A stretch of DNA of 64,000 bases. Source: Mobula hypostoma (Eukaryota). The translations under genes and the position numbers were made by a program. Below are positions 51,864 to 64,000 of this stretch, one piece after another. The notes under the pieces were generated by a model. It searched no databases. It worked only from the letters and a program-made list of their open reading frames with translations, and was not told the DNA's origin. Numbering within the stretch: the first letter of the stretch is position 1; every line of letters begins with the position of its first letter. The DNA lies in NCBI RefSeq assembly GCF_963921235.1, contig NC_086109.1, forward strand, positions 2,854,001-2,918,000, in the 5' to 3' direction.

Positions 51864-51869
51864 GGAGAA

Positions 51870-53500
51870 TTACTACTTCATCTTGAATGCCAAATACCTG
51901 AATGTTCTTGAGGAACCTCTCATGCAGGGTCTTGTTCAAAGCCTTGCTAAACAACATCCACCACTTTGGTTTCATCAACTTTCCTGATAACTTTAGAAAA
52001 ACTCTATAATTTTGGTTAGACAGCCACAAGGCCATGCTGACTATCCCCAATCAGTCCCTGTCTATCCAAATACTCATATATCTGGCCCCTTAGAATACCT
52101 TCCAATAACTTACCCACTACTAATGGCAGGCTCACTGGCCTATAATTTCCAGCCTATTCTTAACACTTTCTTACAATATTAGCTTTCAGAGCAACATTAG
52201 TCATCCTCTGGCACCTCACCTGCTTTCTTAGAGCCTTTCTTAAATAACGGAATAACATTAGCTCTCCTCCAGTCCTCCGGCACTCACTCATATCTCTGCT
52301 GGGGTCCCTGCAATTTCCGCACTAGCCACCACCCACCCCCCGCCCCCCCCGACCCCAGCCACCACCACCAGGTCTGAGGGAACACCTTACCAGACCCTGG
52401 GATTTTATCCACCCTGATTTTCCACAAGACAGCAAACACCTCCTCCTCTGGCAATCTGTGCAGGGCCCACGAACTCGTTGCTGCTTTGTCTCACTTTTAT
52501 AGACTCTGTGCCTGCCTGCTGAGTAAATACAGATGCAGAAAATCCATTTGCAACCTTTGCAATTGCTTTTGGCTACACACATAGGTGACCCCTCTGATCC
52601 TCCAGAGGACCAATTTTGATCCTTGCTATCTTTTACTCGTAATAAATCTGCAGAAGCCACCAGGATTCTCCTTCACCTTGTCAGCTAGAGAAATTTCCTG
52701 CTTTCTTCTATCCCTGCTAATTTCCTTCTTGAGTGCTTTTTTGCATTCCTTACACACCTCAAGTACTCCATTTGCTCCTTCCTGCCTACAGCTACTAAGC
52801 ATCACCCCCCTGTTTTCTTCTTAGCCAGGGCATTAACATGTTATTCTAGCCTTTTATTCTGACAGGAAGATACAAACTCTGCCGTCTCAAAGTGTTCACT
52901 TTTGAAGGCCTCCCACCTTTCCAGAAAACAACTTATCCCAGTTCATACTTGCCGGATCTTTGCTGGTACATCAGAATTGTCCTTTTGCCAATTTAGAATC
53001 TCAACACGAGAACTAGACCCATCCTTCTCCATAATTAGGTTGAAATTAACAGCATTATGATCATTAGATCCAAAGTGTTTGGCTACACAGACTTCTGTCA
53101 CCTGCTTCCTCATTCCTAATAGGAGATTTAGTTTCACACCCTCTCTAGCTGCGACTTCTATGTACTGATTAAGGAAACTTTTCTGAACACATTTGACAAA
53201 CCCTACCCCGTCCAGCCCTTTTGCAGTCTGGGAGTCCCAATCAATATGTGGAAAGTTAAAATCATCTGCAATTACAGCTTATTGTTTCTTGCAACAGTGT
53301 GATCTCTTCACAAATTTGCTCCTCTAAATCCAGCTGACTGTTGGTGGTCTAGAATATAATCCCATTAAGAAAGGTCATTCATTTCTCATTCCTCATTTCT
53401 ACTGATGTAGCCTCAGTAGCCTTCCTGTCTGAGAACTGTCGTGACATTTTCCCTGACTGGTAATGTCATCCTCCTCCTTTCATCCTTCCCTCTACAATGT
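51870..53500 (-). mobile_element. Decayed CR1 fragments (RT to endonuclease)
   Basis: G.DKIP, FGS.DHN.V.F motifs. Confidence 0.7.
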
Positions 53501-53799
53501 CTAAAACAAAAGGTCAATCAAACTATCAAACACTTGAAGGAATGGCGTACACTTTAAAATAAGTGCAGGGTGACATTGCAGACATCCTTTATGAAGGAAA
53601 GACACTGCAGAGTTCAAAGGCACACCACTAGTGCAGAAATTAATGTGATTGGTCTAGTCATTTTACTGGATTCTACAACTCTTGAAATTCTGGAGGTGTG
53701 CAAGGATAAAATCCCTGGCATCAGAAAAATGGAAAACTGATTTCAGTAGGACATATAAACAGGTTTGCAGAGAAGTGGGCCTTGATCAGTATGGATTTG

Positions 53800-54490
53800 T
53801 AACAACATCACCTGCTCTGCTCTTTACACCCACAACTGTGTGGCTAAGCACTGCTCGAATACTGTCTATCAGTTTGCCAATGGTACCACCACTGTTAGCC
53901 GCATCACTGGTGGCATTGATTCAGCGTACCGGAATGATGTCTGGTGTTTCCACGGTAACAGTCTCTTGCTGAACATCAGTGGAAACAAATAACTAATCAT
54001 CTGAGTTCAGAAAAGGGAAGTCAGACCATGTGGCAGTTCCCATTGGTGGGCCGGAGAGTCAGCAGTTTCAAGTTCCTGCACATTAACGCCTCACATGCGG
54101 TATCCTGTACCCAGCACATAGACTCAGTCACGAAGAAGGTGTACCAACGCTGCTATTTACTTAGAAGCTTAAAGAGCTTCGGCATGTCACCAGGTGTTCT
54201 GGCAAACCTCTGCAGATGCATTGGTGACGGTATCCTGACCGATTTCACCATGGCTTGCAATAGCATTTCTAACTTACGAGACTGCAGAGCAGTGGACTCA
54301 GCCCTCCCCTCCGCTAATAGTAACTGCAGGAGACACTACATCAGGAAGGCTGCACCTAGTATTATGAACTACAGTACCACCATCTGGGTTGAGATCTCTT
54401 TTGGGTGATACTCTCACCTAGGAGGTACAGAAACCTTAAGTTCCACACCACTAGTTTCAAGAACAGTTACCTTATTACAACCATCAGTTA
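53800..54490 (+). mobile_element. Old Rex1/L2-type LINE fragment
   Basis: LFTP..C, VSSFKFL, KK..QR.Y.LR.LK.FG motifs. Confidence 0.65.
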
Positions 54491-55199
54491 TTTTTAAAAC
54501 AATCTACACAACCCGATCCCTACCTCGTACCTACAGCATACAACACAGCACATAATGGCGACAAGCCCTCTATGGCATGATGGCCCTCTTGTCTCTTCCT
54601 GTCTTGTACAATTTAAACTTAATGTATATAATATGCTGTCTGACTCTATGTGCCTGTGTGACTACTGCCAGTTTTTTATTGTATCTGCACCACTCTGTAC
54701 TTGACCACATGATAACAAACTGAACTTGACATGTTCCTGGCCTAGAAACTTCCCAAATGGTTGAACCAGCAAAGGGGATGGCGGTCTCTTCACCCAACAA
54801 CAATCCTACAGTAGCACAGTAGGGGGAAATGGATGAATTGGAATTCTGGGATTGACGATGGAAAGCCTAGTGTAGATAGATACATTTATACAAAGTTCAA
54901 AGTAATTTTACTATCAAAGTACATATATGTCACCATACACAACCCCGAGATTTGTTTCCTTGCAGTCATACTCAATAAATCCAAGAACCAAAAGAGAATC
55001 AATGAAAGACTGTACCCAGTAGAGTGGACAACCAACATGCAAAAGACAACAAACTGTGCAAATATGAAAGTGAAAATAGTAGTAATACGAATAAATAAGC
55101 AATAAATATTGAGAACATGAGATGAAGAGTTCTTGAAAATGAGCCTATAGGCTATGGGAGCAGTTCAGTGATTGGCCAAGTGAAGTTAGGGTCAAAAAG

Positions 55200-56380
55200 T
55201 CATAGAAAAGTACAGTATAGAAGCAGTTTCTTCAGCCAATCTAGTTCATGCTAAACCACTTAAACTGCCTATTCCTGTCGATCTGCACCTGGGCCATAGC
55301 CCTTTATACCCTTGCCATCCATAAACATATCCAACATCTCTTGAATGTGGAAAATGAGTTTTGCAAGCACCTTGCACTGGCAGCTTGTTCTACACTCTCC
55401 CAGACCTCTGAGTGAAGAAGCTTCCCCTTATGTTCCACTTAAAGTTTTCACCTTTCACCCTTAACCCATGACCTCTAGTTGTAGTCTCAAACAACCTCGG
55501 TGGAAAACGCTTGCTTACATTTACTGTATCTGTGTTGTATACCTCTCTCAAATCTCCCCTCAATCTTCTACGCTCCATGAATCAAAGGGCTAACCTATTC
55601 AACCTTTGCTTATAACTCAGATCCTCCAGACCTGGCAACATCCTGATAAGTTTTCTCTGTACAATGTTATTGACACCTTTCCTATAGGTAGGTGACCAAA
55701 TCTGCACACGATACTCCAGATTAGACCTAACCAATGTCTTATACAATTTCAACATAACATTCCATCTCCGGTACTTAATACTTGGAAATATAAAGGACAA
55801 TGTGCCAAAAGCTTTCTTTATGACCTTATCTACCTTATCTCCTGATTTCTTTCTTTTCTTGCATTTCTTATACTCCATAAGTACCTCATTTGCTCCAACA
55901 ACTGCTATGCACCCAATTTTTTCTTAACCAGGACATCAATATCTTTTGAAAACCAAGGTTCCCTCAACCTGTTATCTTTACCTTTTGTTCTGACAGGCAC
56001 ATACAAGCTTTGTACTCTCAAAATTTCACGTTTGAAGGCCCCCCACTTAACAGCCTGTCCAAATCCACACATGCCAGGACATCTCTGTTACCATCAAAAT
56101 TGGCCTTTCTCTGATTTAGAATTTCAACCCATGGACCAGGCCTATCATTTTGCATATTTTCTTTGAAACTAGTGACATTATTATCACTACAGGTAGAGTT
56201 TCCCTACACAAACACTTTCACCTGCTCTGTCTCATTCTCTAAGTATCGCATACTCTCTCTTTGGGGCTTCTATGTACCTATTAAGGAAGCTTTTGTGAAC
56301 CCCTTTTGACAAACTCTAGTCCTTTTATAGAACAGGAGTCCCAGTCAATTTTCAGAAAGTTAAAATCACCTACTATAAAT
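55200..56380 (-). mobile_element. CR1 fragments
   Basis: LYKTLVRSNLEY, RRRLRGDL, TRGHGL motifs. Confidence 0.8.
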
Positions 56381-56641
56381 CTTAGTCTAACCTTTACCCT
56401 TTGACTGGTTTGGCATGGGTGACTTTACCAAGAGCCAAAGCATAAAGCGCTCACTCCAGCCAGCATCGCTTCCCGGTCAGTGAGGCACACAAGCCTCCAA
56501 ACTGCAACAAAATTGTGGTCTCCTTGGAGGAAATGATGCTTTGTTTCCACCGAAGTTTAGCGGTACACACTTACAATTATCTGTGACCAATTAATTTGAC
56601 TTGAAGCGGATTTTCAAGAAATAAGCAAATATATATAATTA

Positions 56642-57436
56642 CACTGGACATTTTTTTTTCAAAAGTGTTGCTTCCTCAGAATTCAATTTTGTTTATGATA
56701 GACCACTTGAAAACGAATACGAATATAATTTCAGAGTACTTGTATCATATAGGAATTTGGAGAAACAAGAAATTAACTTTTATTGAATATAATGCATTTA
56801 GTTGCATAATGCTGCCGATGCCTTGCAATAGTTTGACTAAACTAAAAATGTTTTGTTGATGGTTTTCATTTGTACTCAGTGTCTGAGGCTTCTCACTAAA
56901 GAGTCCAATAATAATCAGCCAGCATTGAGGGATTTCAGTTGCCCTGATACCTTTTTTCCATGACTGCAATATCCTGGTGAAACCTTTCATCATGCTCATC
57001 ACTGATAGCACCAAGATTTGCAGGGAAGAAGTCCAAATGGGAATGCAGAAAATTAATCTTCAGTGACATGTTGCACTTCATAGCATGCTTGAAGCATGTT
57101 GTCAACCAGCTACACTTAGTCTGGTGCTCTGTAGTTGCCAAGAAAATTTTCAACAACATCATTGAATAACTTCCATGCGATTTTCCCCAGTTCCACTAGA
57201 AGTTCTTTGAATTGCCTGTCATTGATGACCTGTTTGATTTGTGGACCAACAGAAATGCATTCTTTAATCTTGGCATCAGTTATTCTGACTTGAATTATGA
57301 ATTAAGGTAACAAATTTAGGCAATTAAAAAATGGTGTGTGATAGGGAAATTTCATGTTGATTTTCATGATTGGCAGCCCAAAATCCATAATGTACACCCA
57401 AAAGAATTCAGGAAGCAAACTCTTTGTTGTCCAGTG
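56642..57436 (-). mobile_element. Non-autonomous Chapaev3-type (CMC) DNA transposon
   Basis: cactggaca termini; 3-bp TSD TTA; MSLKI.FLHSHLDFFP.NLGA.SDEH.ERFHQDI..MEKRYQG transposase remnant. Confidence 0.85.
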
Positions 57437-58089
57437 TTATGAATTAGCAGTGGTTGAAAAGAATTGATCTAGCAATTTGGATAGGTTAAAAATGAATCAA
57501 GTGAACCAAACTGAACATCTTTTGGGTTCTTAGTTTGTTAAAATAGTCACACTAATGGAATTTCTTTTTAGTTTATCAATGTACAACTTTGGTTCGTGAG
57601 TATTAAGAAATCTTAAGTGGAGATTTAAAGTTCGTAATTGTTAGTATGTGAAAACCAAACCACAGTCTCTTGTACAGGCCTGTTCACAGTAATTTAAAGC
57701 TCTACTAATGACTCAACAGTTTATGCATGTTCGAACAATGTTCTAACCTCTTTAGAACTGAGGGTGGTTTTGTGACGTTGCCCAGCAATTTGCCTGAAAG
57801 TTACCATAATTATAAATAACTAGGCGATATGGACTCAGAATACAAGATACTAAATGACAGATGGAGATTCCAAAGTGTTTGCTTGAATTTGAATTTTCTT
57901 TCCTCACTTTATTAAACCTGTGGAGTTGAATTACCCACAAAGGAATAAGAAAACAATGGAAAGAAATTAAGGTAGGTTATTCTACCATTGAATGCAGAAT
58001 ATAAGTGACAAATGTATTTGCACTTTAGTCATTTGATGCTGTGATAAATCCTAGGATGTGCTATGACACATCATTAGTGATTGAGTGCT

Positions 58090-58510
58090 TTGGATCTTCC
58101 AACATCAGACACTCCCACCAGCTCACCCAGCCAGAGTTGATCAGGCCCTGGCTTGTGTCCCAGCTGGTCCATGGGTCACACCTCTTGAACCAGGGTCATT
58201 TGGAGGCTCACTCAGCAGCCTCTGTGATGGTCCTGGTGGCTCTTTTCTTTGCAGTGCCCATAAATCCAAGGAGAAAGTAGGGTCTGCACATCGTACAGCC
58301 TGTAAAGCCTCTACACTCCACCTCCATAGGCTCACTTCATGTCCTCCACCCCTGTCTCTGGCACTGCTCTACCAGCTCCTGGTATTTGGCTTTCTCACGC
58401 TCAAACGCCTCCTCAATCTGGTCTTTCCAAGGCACTGTCAGTTCTACCATGGCCTCCTGCTTCGAGGTTTCTGACAGAATGGCCATGTCAGGCCTCAGTG
58501 ATGATGCAAT
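58090..58510 (-). mobile_element. Hero/NeSL-type non-LTR element, restriction-like endonuclease fragment
   Basis: LRPDMAILS...ELTVPW..IEEAFERE.AKY..LV..C...GW...EV.CRGF. Confidence 0.8.
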
Positions 58511-58770
58511 GAAGTCAAGAGAATTCATTGCTTGCCAAGATTGACTTTCAGTTGCCAATCAATATATAGATGATGTGAAATATCCCTAAGAGATTGTGTC
58601 TTACACCTCCTTTGGTAGAGACGTATCTCCACCCCGCCACCCATCTTGTGAAGTAGTATGTGCATTTTCTGGTTAGAAGTTCACTGACTGAACATTGTAC
58701 AGCACAGACACAACATGTTTGCACTGTCACGATGCCTAATTAATCTGATCTGATAGGTGAGGACAAGGTG

Positions 58771-59386
58771 AGACCAGAGAAAGCAGGATCTCCCAGTGGC
58801 CACACATTTTAATTCCACGTCCCATTCCCATTCTGATATGTCTACCCACGGCCTCCGCTACTGTAAAGATGAAGCCACACTCAGGTTGGAGGAACAACAC
58901 CTTATATTCCGTCTGGGTAGCCTCCAAACTAACCTCTCAAACTTCCGCTTATGCCCCACTTCCCCCTCGTACCCCATCCGTTATTTATTTATATACACAC
59001 ATTCTTTTTCTCTCTCTCCTTTTTCTCCCTCTGTCCCTCTGACTATACCCCTTACCCATCCTCTGGGGTTTCCCCCCCTCCCCCTTTTCTTTCTCCCTAA
59101 GCCTCCTGTCCCATGATCCTCTCATATCCCCTTTGCCAATCACCTGTCCAACTCTTGGCTCCATCCCTCCCCCTCCTGTCTTCTCCTATCATTTTGGATC
59201 TCCCCCTCCCCCTCCCACTTTCAAATCTCTTACTAACTCTTCCTTCAGTTAGTCCTGACGAAGGGTCTCGGCCTGAAACGTCAACTGTACCTCTTCCTAG
59301 AGATGCTGCCTGGTCTGCTGCGTTCACCAACAACTTTGATGTGTGTTGCTTGAATTTCCAGCATCTGCAGATTTCCTCGTGTTTGT
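58771..59386 (+). mobile_element. Penelope-like element 3' end
   Basis: PVATHFNSTSHSHSDMS...LEEQHLIFRLGSLQ; near-identical to 2620-3201; hammerhead at 59251-59286 with one stem I mismatch. Confidence 0.9.
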
Positions 59387-60719
59387 GTTTTTTAAAAAAG
59401 CAACTTGGGTGTTCAACTGGTGTGCAAAAGACAACAAACTGGGTAAATACAAACTAAATAAATAAGTGATACGTATCGAGAATATGAGATAAAGAGTCTT
59501 TGAAAGTGAGACCAACAGTTGTTGGAATATTTCAATGATGGGGCAAGTGAAGTTATCTCCTTTACTTCAAGAGCCTATGGGTGAGGAGTAATAACTGTCC
59601 CTGAACTTGGTGGTGTGAATCCTGAGGCTCTTGTACCTTCTTCCAGCAGTGAGAAGAGAGCATGTCTTGTGTGCCCTATCTATGCCTTACATAAATTTAT
59701 AAACTTCTACAGTATTAGGTTTCCATTCTGTTTTCAATGCTCCAGAGTAAACAATCCAAATTGATAAATTGGTTTATTTTTTCTTCGCTATATAACTAGA
59801 CCTAATCCAGGAAGCATCCTGGTGATGTTCTGTACCTTTCCAGTGCTTGCACATCCTTCCTACAACCCAACACTAACCCTACAGAGTGGTAAACACAACT
59901 GCACTCCAACTGTGGCCTAGCCAAAGTTTTATACAGCAGCAGTAGCACAGCATGTAACTTGACAGCTTTTATATTAAATACACCAACTGTTAAAGACAAC
60001 CATGTCGTACACCCTTATTTATCACCTTATTCACTTGCTTTGCCACTTTGTATGTACTTACATCCCAAGATCCTTCAGTAGGTCAATGCTTATAAGGTCT
60101 TGTGTTTTCCTACTGTATTTGACCTCCTCAATACAACACCTCACATTTGTCTCGATTAAACTCCATCTGCCATTCTTTTGCCTATGTTCCCAAATGACCT
60201 ATGCCTGGCTGTATCCTTTGAAAACCTATCCCACAGTTCACAATTCCACCAATTCTTCTGCCATCTGAAAAACTTACTAATCTAACTACATATATTTTCA
60301 TTGAAATCAGTAACGTATATTGAGAACAAGAGAGATCCCTCACTGATCCCTGTGGAATACCAGAAAACAGCCCACGCCACTGTCTTGTTTAGGATACTCT
60401 TGGGTAGAATTGCCTTTCAGAGGAGAGCATCTGTAATCATATTGAATGGTGAAGTAACCTCAGTGAAGGGCCAGGTGGCTTTTTCTACTGACATGACTGT
60501 TATATAGTTTGGTGTTTCCAGAGAAAAGGTTGCCCGCTGTCAGTGTTGTGGCAACCATAAGGTGCAGCTTGCCCCTTATCTTTACATGAAGTCTGACTGG
60601 TCTAGAAAGAATCAACCATTTTATTTGATTTGGGTTACTGGCCCTGTGGAAAAAAATGTACAGGCAAGTGTTTGAGTTACTTTATTTTAATGTTTCAAAC
60701 TCTTTATAAGTATATCTTG

Positions 60720-61090
60720 GTTGGATGGTGGAGATACATCCCTACAAAAGGAAGTGTAAGGTGCTCCTTCTAACTGCTAGCCTGTGGGTCACCCTCGGGC
60801 AACATGTAGCACCTACTTAGCCCCCCCACCCCCCGAATCGGGTCACATGAAGCCATGGGAGCAGGTGGTGGATGGTCATATGAGCAGCTGGTGCATATCA
60901 CAAGTCCTGGTTATGCGACCACTGACGCCAGGCAGACAATCTCTGAAGAGTATTGACAATGGCCGAGGTCACCCGTCTTGTAAAGGCACTGTCCAGAAGA
61001 AGGCAATGGCAAACCACTTCTGCAGAAAAATTTGCCAAAAACAATCATGGTCATGGAAAGACCATGATCACCTACATCATAAAACACACC
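60720..61090 (+). mobile_element. Non-autonomous RTE-type retroposon
   Basis: Copy of 8460-8855; gaaggcaatggcaaaccact tail. Confidence 0.7.
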
Positions 61091-63094
61091 ACCTAACGAA
61101 TTACCTTCACAAGAAATGTTTGTCTTTATCACTTTTTTTGATGAGTTGTGACACAATCTCTTAGAGATATATCACATCCTCTCTAAGACATGACACATAA
61201 TGATGATGATGATGGTGATGAATAGTATATTAATGACATTATTTTATTCTTATTTGAATTTATTTGAATGATTTTTTAAATTGTCTATTAGGGATTTAAA
61301 ACCAGATAAATGATTTAGACAGTGACAGCTACTGAAAGCCATTGGGTTGTTCTGGGGAGCTCTTGGGATCAGATTTGATTGTTCAGATCTTTTCACTCAC
61401 TCTGCCTTACGGGGCACTTCTCAGGTACAAGGGATCAATTTGTATCTGCATCTGGAAGGTGTAAATGTGGACAGGGACTGTTGCAGGTGTGTTCGGACCA
61501 TTAGTCAGGTCCAGCACAGTACAACTCATTTTATGGCTTTGCATGAACATTTGTGAGGATTCACTCTTGGTGTTGGCACCCTTAACTAATTCCCTTTTTT
61601 CTGGAGTACTTCTTGAGTCCAAGTTCCTGCATGTAGAGGACTTCTGGTGTCCTCTTCAGCCTCTTGTAAACCAGATTGTCTATCTCACTTGTGAGCAGCC
61701 GTGACTGTCAAGAGCCTCCCAGCATCTGGGAATGACTTCTACGATGATGGATGAGAAAGCTGCACTTTAAAAGTGTAGGACAGCTTTCCTCTGGGCACCT
61801 GACTGAGATTTCTTAGGCAATCACAAAACGGGACCCTATGGCCATTTGGCAAGGCCTTCAAAGGAATGACTGATACAATGAGGTGACAACAGGATCTTTC
61901 TCATGTAAACTACGTGGTCAAGTAAATTCAGGAGAATTGCAGTGTGATTTCAAACTGCACCTTTCAGCTCAACACATTTTCTCTTGAAGTTCTTTTTTGA
62001 TTTGCATATACTCAGAGGAAACCATCTAAGTTAAATAGTTTTGATTATGAAGAACATTCATCACTGCATAGAGGAAATTTCACTATCAATTATAAGATTT
62101 TAAACCCAGTTCTAAATCTGTTCCAACTTGCTGTTTGAGGAATGTGTTATCTATGCTTTCTACCGACATAATGTCTGTCTGAATCAGTCTTTCAGGGAGT
62201 ACTCAGCGTTTGTCATGTTGTAACAGATTCAGGCAAACCTGGATGTATGCTCTTTTATGAGATTTAAGGATCTGATGCACCTGGTCTCCAGGAATGCCTG
62301 TAAGATGCTGGCACAATAACGCAGACTAGATGTCATCCAATTCACCATCTAGAGTATGTTAGAAACAAAAGCTCACACACTTTGTAGTTCTGTCCAAACA
62401 TGTAGATTCTTGAAAAAGAATGAACCTGTAACTGAAATCCCTGACCATGGCTGCAACACTCGTTTCATATCCACTTCTTCTCCTTCCCTGCTTTAGCTAT
62501 TAAAACGCAGGTCTGAACCTATGTGTTGTCTATATTGTTAGAAAGGTGTAGTGATATCTGCAGAACGGAACTAGCGCTCTGCAAAATTGGAAACACCAAT
62601 GCCCTTGAATGCAAAGCCCTATAAAAAAATAGATAACTTTGTATACCTCTATCAAATTTACCCTCAATCTTCTACATTCCAAGGAATAAAGTGCTAACCT
62701 TTTTAACCTTTTTCTTATCTTAGGTCCTTCAGACCCGAACGAGTGACAAGAGTGATGGAGTATCAATTCCAGCAATCTGGGTGCAATCCTGATCTCTGTA
62801 CAAACTCTGCACAGGCAGCACAGCACCAAACTATCTGTGACCTACACTGACAGTCCTCCCAAATCTTTCTCCACTACATCAATGACTGCGTTTGGAATTT
62901 GTGCATTTTTATTCACAGTGAACATTTGGTTTCCATGCTATTGCAATTTAAAACTTGAACCCATTCTCATGAAACTTTGCTGTTATCTTTTCCATCATCT
63001 TGATTTTGGTGACCATAAGATGAATGAATATGCATTAGTTACTTAACGAAAAATCAATTATTCAAAAGTGTACTTACATATGTCAACATTTTTG

Positions 63095-63640
63095 GATGTA
63101 GGAGAAGAGTTAGGCCATTCAGCCCATTGAGTCTGCTCTGCTATTTCATCATGGCTGATCCATTTTCTTCTCAACCCCATTCTCCTGCCTTCTCCCCATA
63201 ATCTTTCACACCTTAACTAGTCAAGGACCTATCAACCTCTACCTTAAATGCACCCAGTGACCTGGCATCCACAGCCATCCACAGTCACAAATTCCACAGA
63301 TTCTCCACTCTCTGGCTAAGGAAATTTCTCTACGTCTCTGTTCTATATGGAAGTGCATCTCTTTTGAGGCTGTGTCCTCTGGTCCTAGACTCCCCCACTA
63401 AAGGAGACATCATATCCATTCTATCTAAGCCTTTCAACATCCGCTAGGCTTTAACAAGATCCCGTTGCATGCTTCTAAATTCAAGTGAGTGCAGGCACGG
63501 AGTAATCAACCGCTGCTCATATCATACTTGTGAACCTCCTCTGAAACCTCTCCAATGTCAGCACATCCTTTCTTTTAAGTAAGGGGCCTAAAACTGCTCA
63601 CAATACTCTAAGTGATGCCTCACCAGTTCCTTTTACAGCC
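63095..63640 (-). mobile_element. CR1 3' fragment
   Basis: Homologous to other CR1 3' ends in the window. Confidence 0.8.
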
Positions 63641-64000
63641 TTTAATTGTAGTAGAAATCACTACTTCATACCCGTATATCTTTAACTTTCTTATCAATTA
63701 TGTCACGTGAATTTTAACTTTGATTTTTATATAAAATGCGTTTATTTTGTAAATAAAGTTTACATATTTACCTTACATGTTTTTTAAATATCCAGTGCTA
63801 ATTTCTGATACATTTCTCTGCATTTCCTCATTATCCATAAATGCTCTGATTTTCTTGCAACTTCAGAATAAAAACAGGCACCAGAGGTGTTTGAAATAAA
63901 TTTGGAAGTGTTCATTGGTCAAACTCCGTTCTGCCTCATTTATTTGATTTTGTGTTTTTCTTAACTTTTATTTCAAGAGATATCAAAGTTCGTCTCAGCA

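Noticed and set aside
57745..57920. Exon-like minus-strand segments
   Set aside because: No recognisable product and no consistent frame with other candidates
62190..62260. YIQ.C..L...RLIQ resemblance to influenza nucleoprotein
   Set aside because: Only a few residues match and flanking motifs do not; likely chance

Overview
Repeat-rich vertebrate genomic DNA, most likely from a cartilaginous fish (ray or shark); this is inferred from the repeat content. One host gene can be assembled: a TMDD1-like gene (transmembrane and death domain 1, C12orf81) on the minus strand. It has four phase-1 coding exons (28046-27980, 13941-13765, 10168-10049, 4760-4608); the TM-encoding last exon was not found and probably lies left of the window. 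The rest is mostly nested mobile DNA: CR1, L1, Rex1/Babar, RTE and Hero-type LINEs, Penelope-like elements (PLEs), tRNA/V-SINEs, and hAT-Charlie, Chapaev3 and Tc1-type DNA transposons. Main observations: (1) a PLE terminal module carrying a minimal hammerhead ribozyme (about 8 copies, 2 intact), several inserted as tiny or fold-back units with 11-14 bp TSDs; (2) the TMDD1 death-fold ectodomain is split and bounded by furin-type sites, with one Cys on each side of the internal site; (3) a cluster of unexplained splice-site-bounded micro-exons at 36-41 kb. All family assignments come from motif recognition by eye, no searches were run, and boundaries of old repeats are approximate.
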